A DNA stretch of 64,000 nt from positions 7,854,683-7,918,682 of the forward strand of contig CM119267.1 of assembly GCA_051294375.1 (NCBI GenBank), in the 5' to 3' direction. The stretch is from Paraspadella gotoi (lineage: Eukaryota > Animalia > Chaetognatha). The notes beneath the pieces are model-generated. The model saw only the letters and a list, made by a program, of their open reading frames with translations. It was not told where the DNA came from and made no database searches. Within the stretch, counting starts at the first letter, position 1; the number at the start of each line of letters is the position of its first letter. Shown here in pieces: positions 42,838-56,635 of this stretch. Made by a program: the position numbers and the translations under genes.

Positions 42838-44544
42838 CTCGAAGCACGCGGGGGAGAGAATATTTTCGCTTTGAATTTTGAACCCAAGCGAGAGGAAAGC
42901 TGAGGGAGGGTGATACGCGGAGAGAGAAGAGAAAGGAGGAAGAAGAGAAAAAAGGTTGGAGAGATTGATTATAGAGATTAAAGAAAAATAAAAATTGTAT
43001 TTTCTATATATTCAAGAACGATGTCTTTAAACTTCAAAGGCGATAAGTGAAGATGTATTGAGCCTTTTAGAGATTTAGTATTATTTTCATTTCATAAAAT
43101 GACAATAGAGATCAAGAATGATTTATTATGTCTAATTAAAAACGAAGGAAAGATTGTGTGTTTTACTAATACTTAAATATTTCTCTATATAGATATAGCC
43201 TCTCTATTCTTTAATCGATGTCATAATATTATTAACATTATTTATGTGTTATCTTAGGTTTTACATTTCATATATAACAGATATAGTACGTACTTATTAT
43301 TTAAAAAATATCTATATCTAGTAACGTTTATCACTTGAATTAATAAAAGAAACCTCTTATTCTAAAAAAAATTAATAAATTAAAAAAATTAATAATTAAA
43401 AAAGTAATCATCTAACTTTCATAGAATTATATCTGTGTCTGTCAAAAGGAATAGTTAAATATTAAATAATGAATCGAAAGTTGAGAGCTGAGACTATGGA
43501 AGATCGTGAGAGATTGAGATGAGAATCAGGGAAGAGACAATTCGGATGACGACGACAGTTACGACGCAAAGTCGAGGTGACGGTCAAAAAGGACAGAAAG
43601 TTGACTCGAGATCTCGAAGAAGAATAATAAGAATAAGAAGAATGAGAAGAAAAAGAATGAAAAGGTGAATGAAGGGTAAAAGAAAGAATATCGTCCGAAA
43701 TCTGAAAAAAAAAAAGATTTACAAACCAAAATAAAATAATCTCTGCTTCATGATGGAAGAATAAGAAAAGCCGCTTTACTTGACGCAAACTATTAATCGT
43801 AAACAATCGAAAAAAAACAACAAAAACAACAACTGCTCGAAAGCTATTTTTTAAAATCTTTTTTTAACTAATACATTTTACAATTACCATCTGCCATCTC
43901 TTCCTTTTCCGCCAATATCCGCGTCTACCCCTCTTTTCCTTACCTCTCCCTCCCTCCCCTTCTCTTCTCCCTCTCCCTCCTCCCCCTCCCCTTCCTCCCC
44001 CTCACTCCTCTCTCCCTCCTCCTCCCCTTCCCCCACAGTCTCCCCTCTCGACCTTGATTCCCCATCAATAAGTGATGCGAGCGGCGATGATCAATTGCGG
44101 CCGCGTGGAAATCGGTTACATCCTCAGCCGCAGCTTTCTCTCGCATCCGGGGAGGCAAATATCCGCGACCTCGGACCCCAGATGGCTCCTGTTTCGATGG
44201 AGGCGCTGGCGAGTCCCGTTCGCTTTAACAGAGTACAGTAAATGGATAGAGTCTACGTCTATTATAGAAATGTCTAAAAAGGCATTGGTGTTCGTGGAAC
44301 ACAGGCTCAACTTTTGCTTTTTCTTATTCTTGGGGAAAAAAAAAAGGACATCTTGTTTAAAAGGTACAAACGTCGTCAGCCTTTTTGAGCCGCATAATAC
44401 AATATTTAATGATGGACTGCGGTCAAAAAAAGACTATTAAACAAGATGAGCTGTGGTTTTCTTTGTCGTAGGGACTGCAGAGGTTGCGATAAAAGAAGAA
44501 GAAAGAAAGAAAGAACACAAAAGAGAAAAGAAAGAAAGAAAGAA

Positions 44545-44621
<77 letters not shown>

Positions 44622-44841
44622 GAGAAAAAAAAAACATACATTTTAAGCTTTTAAAAAAAAATTCTATATCACCCCAAAAAAGTGAATAAGATGGAGAAAA
44701 GGAAGGTGACGGAGGCGGCGGTTGCGGCGGCGGTTGCGGCGGCGGCGGCCGCGCCGTCACCATGGCATCACGGAGATCGCGCGAGCTTCACCGCCACGTG
44801 GTGAAAAAAGCGGCGCCTCGAGTGGCGCCCGATAATCGGAA

Positions 44842-44899
<58 letters not shown>

Positions 44900-45550
44900 G
44901 AGAGAGAGAGAGGAGAGAGAAGAGAGAAGAAGAGAGAGAAGAGAGTAGATAGAGAGAGCGTGAGAGAGAAGAGTAGACAAGGTAACGACATGAATGCCGA
45001 AGCTGAGATGAGATAAGAAGAAGGCGAATTCAGGGGTGAACTGAAAAATGTATGTACTAAACAAACGAATAATAAAAAGAGAAAAAAGTTTGAACTATTT
45101 GAAGGTCAGAATTATAAATAGATGAAAACCGAGAGAGTCATTAAGAATTAAGAGTAAATAAAAGTTGGGATTGAAAACTTGGTTTTTCATCCAGAACAAA
45201 AAGTCAAACCGGTTTAAATTATGTTCGTGGCGATTGCGCGTGATTGTGGTCGCCGGTCACGACTGTGATCTTTGTACGAGATCCTCACATGAGACAACGG
45301 GACACTTTCGTGATTAACACGCGAAAAATGAGGTGAAAATCTCCAACCTTCAGAAGGAGTGACGTTGAAGTTCCAGCTTCACTGAGTTATAGCTTAGAAT
45401 CTTGCGCTAAGATTTCTAGGACCAGCAAGTTAAAAAATTTTTTGAACTTGAACAAAAAGGCTACTTTGAGAGAAGCATCTCCTTCTTTTTCATTTTCAAT
45501 GTTTCTCTGTCTCTCTGTCTCTCTGTCTCTCTGTCTCTCTGTCTCTTTCT

Positions 45551-45589
<39 letters not shown>

Positions 45590-47108
45590 TCTCCTCCCCC
45601 CCTTCTTATTACAATTGATGGTACCTCATCTACATAACATATGTTATTTATTTTATGGACGCCCGGGAAAAAGAGGCTCTGGGAATTAGGTTAAAACACA
45701 ATCTTTTCCTTCGTTTATTAATCATAATAAATCATCTCTTGAATCTCTATTGTCATTTAATGAAAATATCAATCTCACTCTAAATACGGCTCTCCTCCAA
45801 TACACTCCTTCTTCCAAACTCTATCGTCCTCCTCTTCTTGATCTCTCTCTCTCATCTCCGGCTGTTCATCATAAACGGTGCTACCTATTTTCGGACGTTC
45901 GATATACAGCATACTCTCTCGTGAAATCCTCTTATATCATACGCCATAGCACACACTCGCTCACGCAGATTTGCTCTCGATTCGCAGTTTGTTTGCTGCT
46001 TAGCTGTTGACGAAGAGATCCAAACCGCGGATGAATAGGGGTGTGAGTTTGATGACCGCGACTAAAAGTCCCCTCTCGCCGCGTGGGGATCGAGGAGCGC
46101 AGCACGTGAATGCGCCTTTAGCGCCATGCGTGTGGAAAGGAATTTGAAGATGGAGGAAAAATGGGGAGGAAAATCGAGACGGAAGGGGGGGGGAGGTTTG
46201 ATAATAGAGCCTCTAGTTTGGCTATCTCATGGGGGGACGATGTTGTGTGGTCGGAATTGAGCGCGCGGTGGGAGTAGTAGAATCTAACGAAAAGTTTCAC
46301 TAAATTCTCAGCGCGTTCTTATCAGTCTAAACTGGCGCGAATATCAGATTCCTCATCAAACTAAGCGGAAGGTGAATAGAAGAGCCACTGCATACCCAGA
46401 CTTGCGTGGTTACAAAAAAATCTGAAGAGATGCAAGAAAGATACACAAGAGTGAGAAGGGGGGCGGATGCGAGAAGAGAAAGAGAGAATTGAGAAGTACG
46501 AGAGAGCGAGACGAAGAAGACCGGGCAGGGGATACGCTCGCACTCTCTTGCATCATCTGCCCGTGCTCATGGGTTCTCTCCTTCTGGTCCTGTACTCTCT
46601 CGGACATCATTCGTCTCCTCCCTCTCCGCAGGTGGCCGTCTCAACAATGGACCACCGCCTCATCGACCCTGCTATCTCCTCCACTCAAGCTCGAAACAGT
46701 CTTTCCCCCTTACATCAGACAAGCTCCCGCCCCTTCTTCTCCCTTCGACAGGCAGCGAAGTAAACGCTTTTTATAAACCTGCCACGTCAACCTGCCTCCG
46801 GAACGTCCCAGCCCGCCTTGCTGCCTTTGGCAGTACCACCATGCGGCGACGCGCAGCGCGGATGCAAAAACTCGTGTAGGGGGGAGACCGAAGCTCCGAG
46901 TGTGACTGAAACGAAAACGAGGACATGGACTACATCGTAGACAGCGAGCATAAGAAAAGCGCACCGTACTCCAAACTGATCGCACAAGCTCACGAGCGGA
47001 CAAAAAAAGCGCGGCGGCACGTGAAACCAAGGGAGATTTTACGAGTGAACACATAAACGAGTTATAGGGTTTGATCGAGGTAANNNNNNNNNNNNNNNNN
47101 NNNNNNNN

Positions 47109-47139
<31 letters not shown>

Positions 47140-47793
47140 TCAAATATCATTAAATTCACCTCAAATTCTAAATCGCACAAATTGAGAACAAAATTTAGTA
47201 TCTTTTAAAATTTAATTAGTGTATTAAATCCTTTCTTTTCGTTGCGTAGAGCGATTAGCAAAAACAAATTTGAGATTCAACAACAAATAAATAAACAAAT
47301 CGTTGTCGAATCTCAAATTTGTTTTTGCTAAAATTTAATTAAAAAAAAAAACCATCTCTTAATTTTGTTCCCCACTCTCTTCTCTCTTACCTCACAGACA
47401 ATACCTCACCGTACTTCGCCCCCCCCTTTCGAAAACCGAGAATCCACTTCCTCGATTCAAACCCTAAACTCGTTTTATTGTCACTCGTAAAATCCCCCTT
47501 TGGTTTCAACCGCCCGCGCGTTTTTGCGCTCGTGAGCGAGGACATAGTACGTGCGCTCATGCGAGGACTGTCAGCATGCGTTTCGCTTTACACGTACACT
47601 CGGAGCTCTCGGCCCCCACCACGAGTTTGCACGCGCGGCGCACGCAGGGGCACGCAAAGGCACGCAAGGCGGCGCGGGAGCGTTCGCGAGGCCAGGTGAC
47701 GTGGCAGGTTATAAAAAGACGTTTCCTTCGCTGCCTGTCGAAGGGAGAAGAAGGGGGGCGGGGAGGTGAGAAGGGAAAGACTGTCGAGCTGAG

Positions 47794-47908
<115 letters not shown>

Positions 47909-49564
47909 CGAAGCGACGCGGGGGAATATTTTCGCTTTGAATTTTGAACCCAAGCGAGAGGAAAGCTGAGGGAGGGTGATACGCGGAGAGAGAAGAGAAA
48001 AGGAGGAAGAAGAGAAAAAAGGTTGGAGAGATTGATTATAGAGATTAAAGAAAAATAAAATTGTATTTTCTATATAATTCAAGAACGATGTCTTTAAACT
48101 TCAAAGGCGATAAGTGAAGATGTATTGGAGCCTTTTAGATGATTTTATTTTCATTAAATGACAATAGAGATCAAGAATGATTTATTATGTCTAATTAAAA
48201 ACGAAGGAAAGATTGTGTTTTAACCTAATTCCAGAAGCCTCTTTCTTCGCGTCATAAAATTAAAAATACATTATGTTATGTTTAGCTTAGGTTTTACATT
48301 CATTTATTATACAGATATAGTACGTACTTATTATTTAAAAAATTATTTCTATATCTAGTAACGTTTATCACTTGAATATAATTATAAACGAAACCTCTTT
48401 ATTCTAAAAAAAAATTAATAAATTAAAAAAATTAATAATTAAAAAAGTAATCATCTAACTTTCATAGAATTATATCTGTGTCTGTCAAAAGGAATAGTTA
48501 AATATTAAATAATGAATCGAAAGTTGAGAGCTGAGACTATGGAAGATCGTGAGAGATTGAGATGAGAATCAGGGAAGAGACAATTCGGATGACGACGACA
48601 GTTACGACCAAAGTCGAGGTGACGGTCAAAAGGACAGAAAGTTGACTCGAGATCTCGAAGAAGAATAATAAGAATAAGAAGAATGAGAAGAAAAAGAATG
48701 AAAAGGTGAATGAAGGGTAAAAGAAAGAATATCGTCCGAAATCTGAAAAAAAAAAGATTTACAAACCAAAATAAAATAATCTCTGCTTCATGATGGAGAG
48801 AATAAGAAAAGCCGCTTTACTTGACGCAAACTATTAATCGTAAACAATCGAAAAAAAACAACAAAAAACAACAACTGCTCGAAAGCTATTTTTTAAAATC
48901 TTTTTTAACTATACATTTTACAATTACCATCTGCCATCTCTTCCCTTTTCCGCCAATATCCGCGTCTACCCCTCTTTTCTTACCTCTCCCTCTTTCCTCC
49001 CCCTTCCTCTTCTCCTCTCCCTCCTCCCCTCCCCTCCCCCTTCCTCCCCCTCACTCCTCTCTCCCTCCTCCTCCCCCTTCCCCCACAGTCGCTCCCCTCT
49101 CGACCTTGATTCCCCATCAATAAGTGATGCGAGCGGCGATGATCAATTGCGGCCGCGTGGAAATCGGTTACATCCTCAGCCGCAGCTTTCTCTCGCATCC
49201 GGGGAGGCAAATATCCGCGACCTCGGACCCAGATGCTCCTGTTTCGATGGAGGCGCTGGCGAGTCCCGTTCGCTTTAACAGAGTACAGTAAATGGATAGA
49301 GTCTACGTCTATTATAGAAATGTCTAAAAGGCATTGGGTTCGTGGAACACAGGCTCAACTTTTGCTTTTTCTTATTCTTGGGGGAAAAAAAAGGACATCT
49401 TGTTTAAAAGGTACAAACGTCGTCAGCCTTTTTGAGCCATAATCAATATTTAATGGGAACTGCGGTCAAAAAAAGACTTTAAACAAGATGAGCTGGTTTT
49501 CTTTGTCGTAGGGACTGCAGAGGTTGCGATAAAAGAATGAAAGAAAGAAAGACACAAAGAGAAA

Positions 49565-49666
<102 letters not shown>

Positions 49667-49881
49667 AAAAAAAAACATACATTTTAAGCTTTTAAAAAAA
49701 AATTCTATATCACCCCAAAAAAAAAGTGAATAGAGAAAAAGGAAGGTGACGGAGGCGGCGGTTGCGGCGGCGGTTGCGGCGGCGGCGGCCGCGCCGTCAC
49801 CATGGCATCACGGAGATCGCGCGAGCTTCACCGCCACGTGGTGAAAAAAGCGGCGCCTCGAGTGGCGCCCGATAATCGGAA

Positions 49882-49981
<100 letters not shown>

Positions 49982-50581
49982 AGAGAGAGATAGAGAGAGC
50001 GTGAGAGAGAAGAGTAGACAAGGTAACGACATGAATGCCGAAGCTGAGATGAGATAAGAGAAGGCGAATTCAGGGGTGAACTGAAAAATGTATGTACTAA
50101 ACAAACGAATAATAAAAAGAGAAAAAGTTTGAACTATTTGAAGGTCAGAATTATAAATAGATGAAAACCGAGAGAGTCATTAAGAATTAAGAGTAAATAA
50201 AAGTTGGGATTGAAAACTTGGTTTTTCATCCAGAACAAAAAGTCAAACCGGTTTTACTCCTGATTAGTTCGTGGGAGATTGCGCGTGATTGTGGTCGCCG
50301 GTCACGACTGTGATCTTTGTACGAGATCCTCACATGAGACAACGGGACACTTTCGTGATTAACACGCGAAAAATGAGGTGAAAATCTCCACCTTCAGAAG
50401 GAGTGACGTTGAAGTTCCAGCTTCACTGAGTTAATGCTTAGAATCTTGCGCTAAGATTTCTAGGACCAAGTTAAAAATTTTTTGAACTTGAAACAAAAGG
50501 CTACTTTGAGAGAAGCATCTCCTTCTTTATCTATTTTCATGTTTCTCTGTCTCTCTGTCTCTCTGTCTCTCTGTCTCTCTG

Positions 50582-50639
<58 letters not shown>

Positions 50640-51135
50640 GCTCACTCGTGCTTTTTCACGTGATATACATCTCCCTCGTGAATCTTCTTCACCCACCTCG
50701 TCCGCGATGCTCCGTCGCAGTTGGTTGCTTAGCGACGAGAGCAAACCGGAGGGGGTGAGTTTTGATGACGCGCTAAAAGCCCTCGCCGCGTGGGGGATTC
50801 GAGGAGGGCCGTGAATGGCGTTAGCGCCTAGGCGCAAGCGTGTGGAAAGGAATTATGAGATGGAGGAGAAAATTGGGTAGGAAAATCGGGAGACGGAAGG
50901 GGGGGAAGGGGAGGCAGTTTTTGCGATAAAGGTTGGTATGGGTGAGGAGAGGGGGGGGTAGGGAGAATTAGAGGCGGGTCGGCGTGGGGGAGAGTTAGAA
51001 TCAGAAAAGTTTCACAAATGAGTTCTTTCAGTGGGGCGGAAATAGATTTCACAAAAGCGGAAGGGAAAGAAGAGAGAAAATTGCGGTAAGAAAACTGGAA
51101 GAGATGAGAGATAAAAGAGGTGAGAAGGGGGGCGG

Positions 51136-51187
<52 letters not shown>

Positions 51188-51264
51188 GGGGAAGAATGCC
51201 GGATGGGTTATCTTGGCTGACGGATATGCCGGCAGGTGCTCGTCAAAGGAGCAGAGTACGCGAA

Positions 51265-51328
<64 letters not shown>

Positions 51329-51649
51329 CAGAGAGAGATACCGAGAAAGGATTATGGGTCAACTGAGGATTGCGGCTGAGGGAGAAGAAGAAAAGAAGTT
51401 TTTTGGGCGCCGATCAAAAATGAATAAAAGATGAGGAGAGGATGACGAGGAGGATTAGGAGGAGAAAGAGGAGGAAGAGGAGGAAGAGGAGGAAGAGGAG
51501 GAAGAGGAGGAAGGGGGAGGAAGAGACGTGGTTGAGAAATATCGGGATTTAAATATCTCGTTTTAGGTGGAGGGGGGGGAAATGATTTCCGAAATGATGT
51601 ATCATTGGTTTGTTTAAACCGCCTAAATTTAATGCATAACTGAGAAAAT

Positions 51650-51860
51650 ATTGCATTCAAAATTCCGTCTTTTACTCTTTATAGTTTTAGGATTTCCTGA
51701 AGGCTGCAAACAACTATAGGCAAATTATAAGCATAAGTGGGACAGAACGACGGACAGACATACCGAGCGACCGACGACCACCTAACGGACCGACCGACAG
51801 ACCGACCGAAAAAGTGACTTATAGAGTTGATCCGCGAGTACTCGCGGCGCTACTAAAAAA
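51650..51860 (+). mobile_element. Second, diverged HINE/DINE-1-like copy (re-read at about 55835-56040 and 61362-61572)
   Basis: GCAAATTATAAGCAT, (GACC/GACA)n, AAAAGTGACTTATAGAGTTGATCCGCGAGTACTCGCGGCGCTACTAAAAAA. Differs from the 35.4-35.7 kb copy by substitutions and an internal deletion, and has different flanks. Confidence 0.65.
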
Positions 51861-52099
51861 TATCCTCTCGAGTTGAGAAATGAATTTTCGAAAACTGATG
51901 CTAAAAAAGCTGAACGACCAAAATGCAACACCAAAAAAGCCTTTGAAAGTTAAAACGGTGATTGATTTTTAAGTTGTTTACTTTTTTAGTCGATATTATT
52001 TTTGGGTTCGCGTGACTCGGATGGATTTGGTTTGCGTGAATCGCCTGACTAAAAATTAAAAAAAAAAATCACTAATGGCATTAGAAATGCGCTCGTCTT

Positions 52100-52290
52100 A
52101 AAAGTGAGAGAGAGGGAGAGAGAGAGTGGGAGAGTAAAAGGTGGGAGAGAGAGAGTGGGAGAGTAAAAGAGTGGGAGAGAGAGAGTGGGAGAGTAAAAGA
52201 GTGGGAGAGAGAGAGTGGGAGAGTAAAAGAGTGGGAGAGAGAGAGTGGGAGAGTAAAAGAGTGGGAGAGAGAGAGTGGGGAGAGTAAAAG
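52100..52290. repeat. 30-bp minisatellite (GAGAGTGGGAGAGTAAAAGAGTGGGAGAGA), about 5-6 units; re-read at about 56285-56455 and 61815-62005
   Basis: Exact 30-nt periodicity visible at 52151-52270. Confidence 0.9.
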
Positions 52291-52401
52291 AGTACTTTCT
52301 TAACGAAACCCCTTGCCCTTCCACCTTGCCCTTCCACCAAAGGGCCTTGGTGGAAAACTATCAATTCTCCGTTTTTGATCTTAGTGTGAATTAGGACCCA
52401 T

Positions 52402-52480
<79 letters not shown>

Positions 52481-52797
52481 CTCTCTCCCTATTCAATTAT
52501 TAAAAAAAACTTCTTGATTTATTTATCACAAGCGGGGAATTCGCCATCGCTGGGTCGTGTTGCCGACATTTGCGGTCGAGGGCGAAAAGTCGGGGATTTT
52601 TCCGGCGCCGGGTTTCTCGAGATCGGTTCGCCCTCCGCCTTTGTCGCTTTGGCCTCCATTTAGCCTCCTAGTAATCCGCCGATGAATTTTGCAACAATGT
52701 AAACATGTTTTGCTTCAATAATACAAAAAGAAGAACGCGGGAGGAGAGAGAAAGAAGAGAGAGAGAGAGAGAGAGAGTGAATGAGAGAGAGAGAGTG

Positions 52798-52871
<74 letters not shown>

Positions 52872-54053
52872 GAACAGGAGGTTGAACGAGCTAAAAACTG
52901 GATCTTCGAAATCCGTGTTCATTCGGTTCCATGCATTCTTAGATTGTTTGGCGCCGGAGATATCAGAGACGGCGCCGGAAGCCTAATCAACAACGCCGGT
53001 CGCTCGACCCCCGGCGTTCGCTAACTTGTATCGAATTGAGGCGGAAAAAGGTGATGGAGTCGATGCTGGAGAAGAAGGTGATTGTTGAAGAGGCGGATGG
53101 AGAGAGAGAGAGAAAAAGGAATTGGACTGAGTTACGGATCGCGTCACGTTGAAAAAGGAAAGTTTGAGTCCACTCGCTTCATAAATATTAAATGATACAA
53201 GTTTAGATAAGCGGATTAACTAAGGACAGAGAGTGAGACCGACTCGAGATGAATTGCTGATTAAGAAAAGAAAGAGATTTCGTCATTCGGCTTAAGCTCG
53301 AATTACGAGGCGAAAAAAAAAAACGCAAATGTACAGGAGAATATTGGAATTTGAAATAGTATGAAACTTTGTTATGGCATGGACGTTTTGTTCGCCTTTA
53401 CATATGTTTTACATTAAACTATTCACGCCTGCAAGAAAACCCTTCCAAGCCACACCCGTCCCTACGATCTCCCACTCCTCGCCGACTCTCGCTTAATTTA
53501 TTGTTACAAATGAAGTCGGTTTTCTCTCTTCGTTCCAAACTTGGATCTCGGTCGCAATTAGTTCTATTCATTAGTCGAAACGAAAATGGGCACCTGCCCG
53601 CACCTGCCGCGCCGTGGACGAAACGGTAATCGAAACGAGCCGCATCTGGAAAGGGGCAAGGTGGAGATGCGTGTTCGGCGTGAAAGGTGGAGGGAAAGTA
53701 GGATTTCATTAACTTACCTATCCTCATTTCGATTTCATTAACTTACCTATCCTCATTTCGATGCTTAACAAAATATTTCGGAGGAGGCGGAGATGATAGC
53801 GGCGGCGACAGTAGTGGTAGCAGTGACGTTTCATACCCGTCATTTAAAATTGTTATCAGGATCCATGCTCCAATCTCTCATTTTCAGTTGTGTCATTGGA
53901 AAACCGGAAAGTCTGACTTCGGGAGATTAACGGAAGAAACGTTTAACCAAATAAATTCGACTCGGGTCTCTGAGATTATGAAAGCCCCTTTAAATCCAAA
54001 GGACGCCGCATTGATATTCAATGCTCCATTTTATGAGGTTATAAAGAGGTTTC

Positions 54054-54360
54054 TCCGCCCACGTCGCCACGCCCACGTCACTTCCGGTGGCGCTCTAGAA
54101 TTTGAGACCGAATTTGTCTCCATTTTTTTTTTGGTGGCCCTTTCCTTTTTCGCCCTTCCCTTTTCGCCTTCCTTTTCGTCTCGTGGGTTTTTTCGTTGTC
54201 GTCGTCGCCTTGTTTATAAACGAATACTTTGACCAATGCGACGCAATATCCTCAGCAACGAACCAATCACGAATCGAAAAGAAGAGATTCAGATTCCATT
54301 GGACGTTTCTGGATATTCCGACTTATTTGCGAACTCGAAAAAGCTCAGGTTAACCAATCA
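54054..54360. promoter_or_regulatory. Candidate promoter: GC boxes, ETS-CRE composite and CCAAT boxes
   Basis: CCGCCC and GCCACGCCC, then CACGTCACTTCCGG (54074-54087, reverse complement CCGGAAGTGACGTG), and CCAAT at 54233, 54263 and 54354. Confidence 0.4.
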
Positions 54361-54624
54361 TGAGTCTTTTAAAACGAATCGAATCTCAATCGGCCATCGG
54401 CGTCATCGACTTGGATTCTCAAGAAACCGAATACCCGATATATCGCCGCTTTTCAATTGGATAATCTCGCACTTTACTCCCTCCTCCCTTTCTCATTTTT
54501 AGCCTAAAATTCTTTGATTATTTTTATTTTTGTTGTGCCTTCATGATTGCGTTAGGAGACGAATCTGAATATATTGCAATTTTTTTCTCACTACTGAATA
54601 AGGCGTAGTGAAAGTTACATACGA

Positions 54625-55174
54625 AAATTCTAAAAGTCAATTATGAACAACATACCATCAGTGAACATTAATTTGTAAAAAAAAAATAATTTTATGTTTT
54701 TTTAATTTTTGCAGTAGGCCATATTTATATATAGTACTATCCTTATAAAATCGAAAAATTTCAAATAGGTTTTTCTTTTTTGATTGCAGATTTGAATTCC
54801 TCGTCAAAAGTTGATAAAAGAAAATATAAATTATTTTTAAAAGTTCTTTCATTAAGTGGGTTAAAAATTAAAAAAACTATATTTAATATATAAAAACGTT
54901 AATTTTCAGCTTAAAATATAGCTTTTTCTAATTTTTGACCCACTTAATGAAGGAATTTTTCAAAAAGAGTTATATTTCTTTTTATCAACTTTTTATGACG
55001 AATCCAAATCTGCAAAAGAATCTTAGAAAAAACTGTTTGAAATTTTAACATTTATTGGTTTAGTACTAGTATAAATATGGCCTACTGCGTAAATTGGAAA
55101 TTTATTATAAATTTGTTTTATTACATAAATATTTATTAGTATAATGTTGTTTCGTTCGTCACTTTTAGAATTTT
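54625..55174. mobile_element. AT-rich fold-back (MITE-like) element of about 550 bp
   Basis: Arm pairs AAAATTCTAAAAGT/ACTTTTAGAATTTT, GCAGTAGGCCATATTTATA/TATAAATATGGCCTACTGC and TTCATTAAGTGGG/CCCACTTAATGAA are symmetric about ~54900. No clear target-site duplication. Confidence 0.65.
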
Positions 55175-55300
55175 AATTAAAGTTAAATTGAGAAANNNNN
55201 NNNNNNNNNNNNNNNNNNNNAAGCGGAAGGGAAAGAAGAGAGAAAATTGCGGTAAGAAAACTGGAAGAGATGAGAGATAAAAGAGTGAGAAGGGGGGCGG

Positions 55301-55342
<42 letters not shown>

Positions 55343-55422
55343 GAAGGGGAAGAATGCCGGATGGGTTATCTTGGCTGACGGATATGCCGGCAGGTGCTCG
55401 TCAAAGGAGCAGAGTACGCGAA

Positions 55423-55519
<97 letters not shown>

Positions 55520-56558
55520 GATACCCGAGAAAAGGATTATGGGTCAACTGAGGATTGCGGCTGAGGGAGAAGAAGAAAAGAAGTTTTTTGGGCGCCGATC
55601 AAAAATGAATAAAAGATGAGGAGAGGATGACGAGGAGGATTAGGAGGAGAAAGAGGAGGAAGAGGAGGAAGAGGAGGAAGAGGAGGAAGAGGAGGAAGGG
55701 GGAGGAAGAGACGTGGTTGAGAAATATCGGGATTTAAATATCTCGTTTTAGGTGGAGGGGGGGGAAATGATTTCCGAAATGATGTATCATTGGTTTGTTT
55801 AAACCGCCTAAATTTAATGCATAACTGAGAAAATATTGCATCAAAATTCCGTCTTTTACTCTTTATAGTTTTAGGATTTCCTGAAGGCTGCAAACAACTA
55901 TAGGCAAATTATAAGCATAAGTGGGACAGAACGACGGACAGACATACCGAGCGACCGACCGACCTACGGACCGACCGACAGACCGACCGAAAAAGTGACT
56001 TATAGAGTTGATCCGCGAGTACTCGCGGCGCTACTAAAAATATCCTCTCGAGTTGAGAAATGAATTTTCGAAAACTGATGCTAAAAAAGCTGAACGACCA
56101 AAATGCAACACCAAAAAAGCCTTTGAAAGTTAAAACGGTGATTGATTTTTAAGTTGTTTACTTTTTTAGTCGATATTATTTTTGGGTTCGCGTGACTCGG
56201 ATGGATTTGGTTTGCGTGAATCGCCTGACTAAAAATTAAAAAAAAAATCACTAATGGCATTAGAAATGCGCTCGTCTTAAAAGTGAGAGAGAGGGAGAGA
56301 GAGAGTGGGAGAGTAAAAGAGTGGGAGAGAGAGAGTGGGAGAGTAAAGAGTGGGAGAGAGAGAGTGGGAGAGTAAAGAGTGGGAGAGAGAGAGTGGGGGA
56401 GAGTAAAAGAGTGGGAGAGAGAGAGTAGAGTGGAGTAGAGAGTGGGAGAGTAAGAGTACTTTCTTAACGAACCCCTTGCCCTTCCACCTTGCCCTTCCAC
56501 CAAGGGCCTTGGTGGAAACTATCAATTCTCCGTTTTTGATCTTAGTGTGAATTAGACC

Positions 56559-56635
<77 letters not shown>

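Noticed and set aside
44700-44840. GC-rich ATG context (GCCGTCACCATGG) as the start of a gene
   Set aside because: The ORF runs straight into an (AG)n tract with no convincing donor and no recognisable peptide; more likely a regulatory CpG patch.
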